Source of the DNA: an uncultured Candidatus Actinomarina sp.
GTDB lineage: Bacteria > Actinomycetota > Acidimicrobiia > Actinomarinales > Actinomarinaceae
Assembly: GCA_902510965.1 (NCBI GenBank)
Contig: CABXDM010000003.1
Location: forward strand, 1 to 61,974
Direction of reading: 5' to 3'
DNA: 61,974 nucleotides
Each line of letters opens with the position of its first letter. Position 1 is the first letter of the stretch. Below the pieces are notes generated by a model. That model ran no database searches. It saw only the letters and a list, made by a program, of their open reading frames with translations, and was not told the origin of the DNA. A program made the translations under genes and the position numbers. Below, one piece after another: positions 58,774-61,974 of the stretch.

Positions 58774-59892
58774 ATGAACTTAGACCTACTTGATCAAGGA
58801 TTTATACCAGAAGAAATCTGTTTAAAACTTCCGGATACTTTTTCAGATATAGAAAAACTTGCCTCTGAATTACCTAAAGTACTAGCTAATGAACAGATTG
58901 AAAAAAGGGTTTCACAGCTAGAGATTGAGAAAAATATTGATACTTTGACTACCCCTCAGCTAGAAAGGGCCATGCTGGTTTATTCCTATATTGGCCATGC
59001 TTTTATGTGGGGTAAAAAGAATGAGGTGAATATGATTCCAGCTCAGCTTGCTAAGACCTGGCACAAAATTTCAACAAAACTAGAGAGACCTCCCATTCTT
59101 TCTTATGCTTCTTATGCTTTAAATAATTGGAAAATGCTAGATTCTTCAGAATCATTTGATCTTGAAAATATAGTTATTGAGCAAAACTTCCTGGGTGGGG
59201 TTGATGAAGATTGGTTTATCATGATTCACGTAGCTATTGAGTACGAGGCCAAGGAAATATTGTCAGCTTTAAAAAAATATTTCTTCGAATCAGGAAATCA
59301 ATCTAATTTAGAGGATGCCTTAAAGAGTATGAAAAAAATCAATCAGCTCATGAATCGTATGCCTGAAAAGTGTGATCCATTTATTTACTACAATCGTGTT
59401 AGACCTTATATTTTTGGATGGAAAAACAACCCAACAACACCTGAAGGTGTTGTTTACGAGGGAGTTGAAGAATATGAAAACAAGCCACAAATATTTAGAG
59501 GTGAGACGGGTGCCCAAAGTTCTATTGTTCCTATGTTGGATGCCTTATTAGGAGTTACGCACTCAGACGATCCACTTAAAGAATATCTTGATGAAATGAG
59601 ACTCTATATGCCGAAAGAACATAGAGATTTACTGAATGCTTTAGATTCTTGGTCACAAACTGAAAGATCTTCAGTGGTAGAGTCAATCAGCATCGAAGAT
59701 CAAAACATAATTGATGAAACGATTAAAGAGGTTCATATTTTTAGAAATAAGCACTTGGAATATGCAAGAATATATATCTACGAACAGTCCTTAACAAATG
59801 ACTCAAATTCAAATATTGTTGGAACCGGTGGTACACCATTCATGAAATATCTTGATAAACATCTTCAGGAGACAGTCCCCTCAGATGATTAA
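58774..59892 (+). CDS. Indoleamine 2,3-dioxygenase family heme protein
   Basis: RPPILSYASY, FLGGVDEDWF..IH..IE, FYNRVRPY-like YYNRVRPYIFGW, GETGAQSS, RLYMP..HR, FRNKH, GTGGTPF; SD GGAGG. Confidence 0.88.
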   Translation: MNLDLLDQGFIPEEICLKLPDTFSDIEKLASELPKVLANEQIEKRVSQLEIEKNIDTLTTPQLERAMLVYSYIGHAFMWGKKNEVNMIPAQLAKTWHKISTKLERPPILSYASYALNNWKMLDSSESFDLENIVIEQNFLGGVDEDWFIMIHVAIEYEAKEILSALKKYFFESGNQSNLEDALKSMKKINQLMNRMPEKCDPFIYYNRVRPYIFGWKNNPTTPEGVVYEGVEEYENKPQIFRGETGAQSSIVPMLDALLGVTHSDDPLKEYLDEMRLYMPKEHRDLLNALDSWSQTERSSVVESISIEDQNIIDETIKEVHIFRNKHLEYARIYIYEQSLTNDSNSNIVGTGGTPFMKYLDKHLQETVPSDD

Positions 59893-60988
59893 GAAACTGG
59901 GGATTCCTAAAGAAGTAAAAAAAGACGAAGGAAGAGTTAGCTTAATACCTGAACATATTTCTCAGTTCACTGGAATTGCAGATATTTTCATTGAGACTAG
60001 TGCGGGAATAGGATCTGGTTTTTCCGATGAGGATTATATCAAAGCAGGGGCAAAAATAGTAGATACTCCAGAAGAGCTTTATGGTATCAGTGAGATCATA
60101 TGTAAGGTAAAAGAACCACAATCTCAAGAATATGATTTATTAAAACCCAATCACGTTTTATTTGGCTATCTACATTTGGCATCAAATTTACAGTTAACCA
60201 AAAAGTTATTGGATAAAAAGCTATCCGCAATAGCCACAGAAATGATTATGGACAATGGTGTATATCCACTCTTAATTCCTATGTCAAAAATTGCTGGCAA
60301 CCTAGCTATTCAAAAAGGAATGCAGTTTTTAGAATATTCCTCAGGAGGCAAGGGGATTTTACTATCATCAATTTCTGATAGCAATAATGCCAAAGTCACT
60401 GTTGTTGGATGTGGAGAGGTGGGAAAAAGTTCTATACATAAAGCTATTAGTGTTGGTGCAAAAGTTACCGCTATAGATATAAACGAAGAAGTTCTTAACA
60501 TCCTTAAGAGTAAGTACGGTGAATTAATCGAAGTCTGTAAAACTCAAACAGAGGAAGCAATTGCAGCTATTAGATCTGCAGATTTAGTAGTTGGTGCAGT
60601 ACTTATTCCCGGCAAGAAACCTCCTATTGTAATTTCAAATGAAGATATCTCAGCAATGGCAAAAGGAAGTGTTGTAGTGGATGTAGCCATCGATCAAGGA
60701 GGATGTGTAGAAGGTGTAAATGCAAATACTCATTCCGACCCTTTTGAAATCAGAGATGGAGTGCTAGTCTCCGCCATTGCTAACTTACCTGGAGCAGTTC
60801 CAAAAACCTCATCAATAGAGCTTTCAACTGGTTTACAAAAGTATTTAAATTTTCTCTTAGAAGAAGATTGGTTAAAGGGTTATAAGGAAAACAAGAATCT
60901 TTCACCTTCTTTACAAATTCACAATGGATTACTTTTGTCACAAGAGGTAGCAGAAAGTTTAAGCCTAAGTGTCAGTCAGTTAGTCTAG
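59885..60988 (+). CDS. ald: Alanine dehydrogenase
   Basis: GIPKEVK.DEGRV, KVKEP, FGYLHLA, PMSKIAG, GAVLIPG, VDVAIDQGGC, NLPGAVP. Start set at ATG 59885. Confidence 0.88.
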   Translation: MIKKLGIPKEVKKDEGRVSLIPEHISQFTGIADIFIETSAGIGSGFSDEDYIKAGAKIVDTPEELYGISEIICKVKEPQSQEYDLLKPNHVLFGYLHLASNLQLTKKLLDKKLSAIATEMIMDNGVYPLLIPMSKIAGNLAIQKGMQFLEYSSGGKGILLSSISDSNNAKVTVVGCGEVGKSSIHKAISVGAKVTAIDINEEVLNILKSKYGELIEVCKTQTEEAIAAIRSADLVVGAVLIPGKKPPIVISNEDISAMAKGSVVVDVAIDQGGCVEGVNANTHSDPFEIRDGVLVSAIANLPGAVPKTSSIELSTGLQKYLNFLLEEDWLKGYKENKNLSPSLQIHNGLLLSQEVAESLSLSVSQLV

Positions 60989-61562
60989 GCATCCACGTAC
61001 TTCTATTCTCTTTAAATTCCTCAATCATATTTGAGTAATCTAAAGAAATATCAATCTTATCAATTCCATTAAGAATTCGATTTTGAGAAAAGTTATCTAT
61101 AACGAATTCAAACTCCAGTTCTTCACAGATGACCTTTTTTTCGTTAATAGAAATATTTATTTCAACCTTAGAGTTTGAGTTCACTTTATCAAAAAGAATA
61201 TCCATGTTCTCCTCAGTTGTTTCAATAGGGACCAAGCCAATATTTATTGAATTTAGTTTAAATATATCGGCAAATTTGGAAGAAATTATTGCGTCAAAAC
61301 CCCAGTCTTGTAAACCCCATGGTGCATGTTCTCTTGAGGAGCCGGTCCCAAAATTTGTTCCTGCAAGAAGCACCTTCGCATTTGAATAAGCTGGATTGTT
61401 TAGTGGAAATCCCTCTTCTTTTTTCCAGTCATGGAATAAATACTGTCCATAGCCAGATCTCTCTACTCTTTTAAGAAATTGCTTAGGCATTATTTGATCC
61501 GTATCAATATTTGACATTGGCAATGGAAGCATCGTTGATAGGAAATTATTAAGTTTTTTCAT
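60972..61562 (-). CDS. leuD: 3-isopropylmalate dehydratase small subunit
   Basis: [33 protein letters not shown]. Confidence 0.96.
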   Translation of the reverse strand: MKKLNNFLSTMLPLPMSNIDTDQIMPKQFLKRVERSGYGQYLFHDWKKEEGFPLNNPAYSNAKVLLAGTNFGTGSSREHAPWGLQDWGFDAIISSKFADIFKLNSINIGLVPIETTEENMDILFDKVNSNSKVEINISINEKKVICEELEFEFVIDNFSQNRILNGIDKIDISLDYSNMIEEFKENRSTWMPRLTD

Positions 61563-61974
61563 AATTTAACTTCCTAACATCAACAAAATGACCATGAATC
61601 GCGGCTGCGGCAGCCATCTCTGGACTTACTAGATGAGTTCTACCACCAACACCTTGTCTACCTTCGTAGTTTCTATTCGAAGTTGAAGCACATCTGTCAC
61701 CGGGAGCAAGAATATCTGGATTCATTCCGAGACACATTGAACAACCAGCTTCCCTCCAGTCGAATCCAGCATTTTTAAAGATTACATCAAGACCTTCTGA
61801 CTCAGCTTGCTTTTTTACTAGAGTTGAGCCGGGAACAACCATTGCTTCAATATTCTTATCAACATTATGCCCCTTCACTACAGCAGCAGCATTTCTTAAA
61901 TCTTCGATTCTTCCATTAGTGCAACTTCCAATGAAAACTCTATCAAGTTTTATTTCGCTAATTTTTTGACCCGG
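61549..61974 (-). CDS. leuC: 3-isopropylmalate dehydratase large subunit, 3' part (truncated by window edge)
   Basis: Open frame to the window end: [47 protein letters not shown]. Confidence 0.96.
   Translation of the reverse strand, partial: PGQKISEIKLDRVFIGSCTNGRIEDLRNAAAVVKGHNVDKNIEAMVVPGSTLVKKQAESEGLDVIFKNAGFDWREAGCSMCLGMNPDILAPGDRCASTSNRNYEGRQGVGGRTHLVSPEMAAAAAIHGHFVDVRKLNYEKT

Noticed and set aside
442-61474. The many 60-150 aa ORFs lying inside or antisense to longer genes (e.g. 687..998, 15594..16037, 21810..22214, 22943..23341, 30162..30470)
   Set aside because: Shadow frames of well-supported genes, without recognisable motifs or initiation signals.

Overview
A gene-dense, AT-rich (roughly one-third GC by eye) bacterial chromosome segment with very short or overlapping intergenic regions. 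Several markers point to a streamlined actinobacterium, most plausibly a low-GC marine Acidimicrobiia/Ca. Actinomarinales-type genome (inference): the dnaK-grpE-dnaJ-hspR operon, an F420-type LLM oxidoreductase, and pervasive leaderless TANNNT-N6-ATG starts. Most of the content is housekeeping: Aap/Bzt amino-acid ABC transporter, heat-shock operon, proC, nadE, typA, aceA, caa3-type cytochrome oxidase with ctaA/ctaB/ctaG, pepN, gnd, hflX, a sigma-70 factor, tldD/tldE and leuCD. The main signal the ORF track misses is a selenocysteine system. selD carries an in-frame UGA at its catalytic residue (true start 21547, followed by a hairpin), a complete tRNA-Sec (selC) lies at 50872-50966, and a SaoD/DsrE-like gene is also present. 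Other points of interest: a degenerate tRNA-Phe overlapping the typA stop codon, with a second decayed copy that together bracket a hemolysin-III gene; a CCCH zinc-finger microprotein heading the dnaK operon behind a non-canonical operator palindrome; a +1 frameshift at a T7 run in aapM; an IDO-ald pair divergent from an Fe-S-less (6-4) photolyase; and a doubly anchored cupredoxin/beta-helix lipoprotein. No CRISPR array, rRNA, integrase or transposase was seen. All family assignments come from motif recognition, not database searches.
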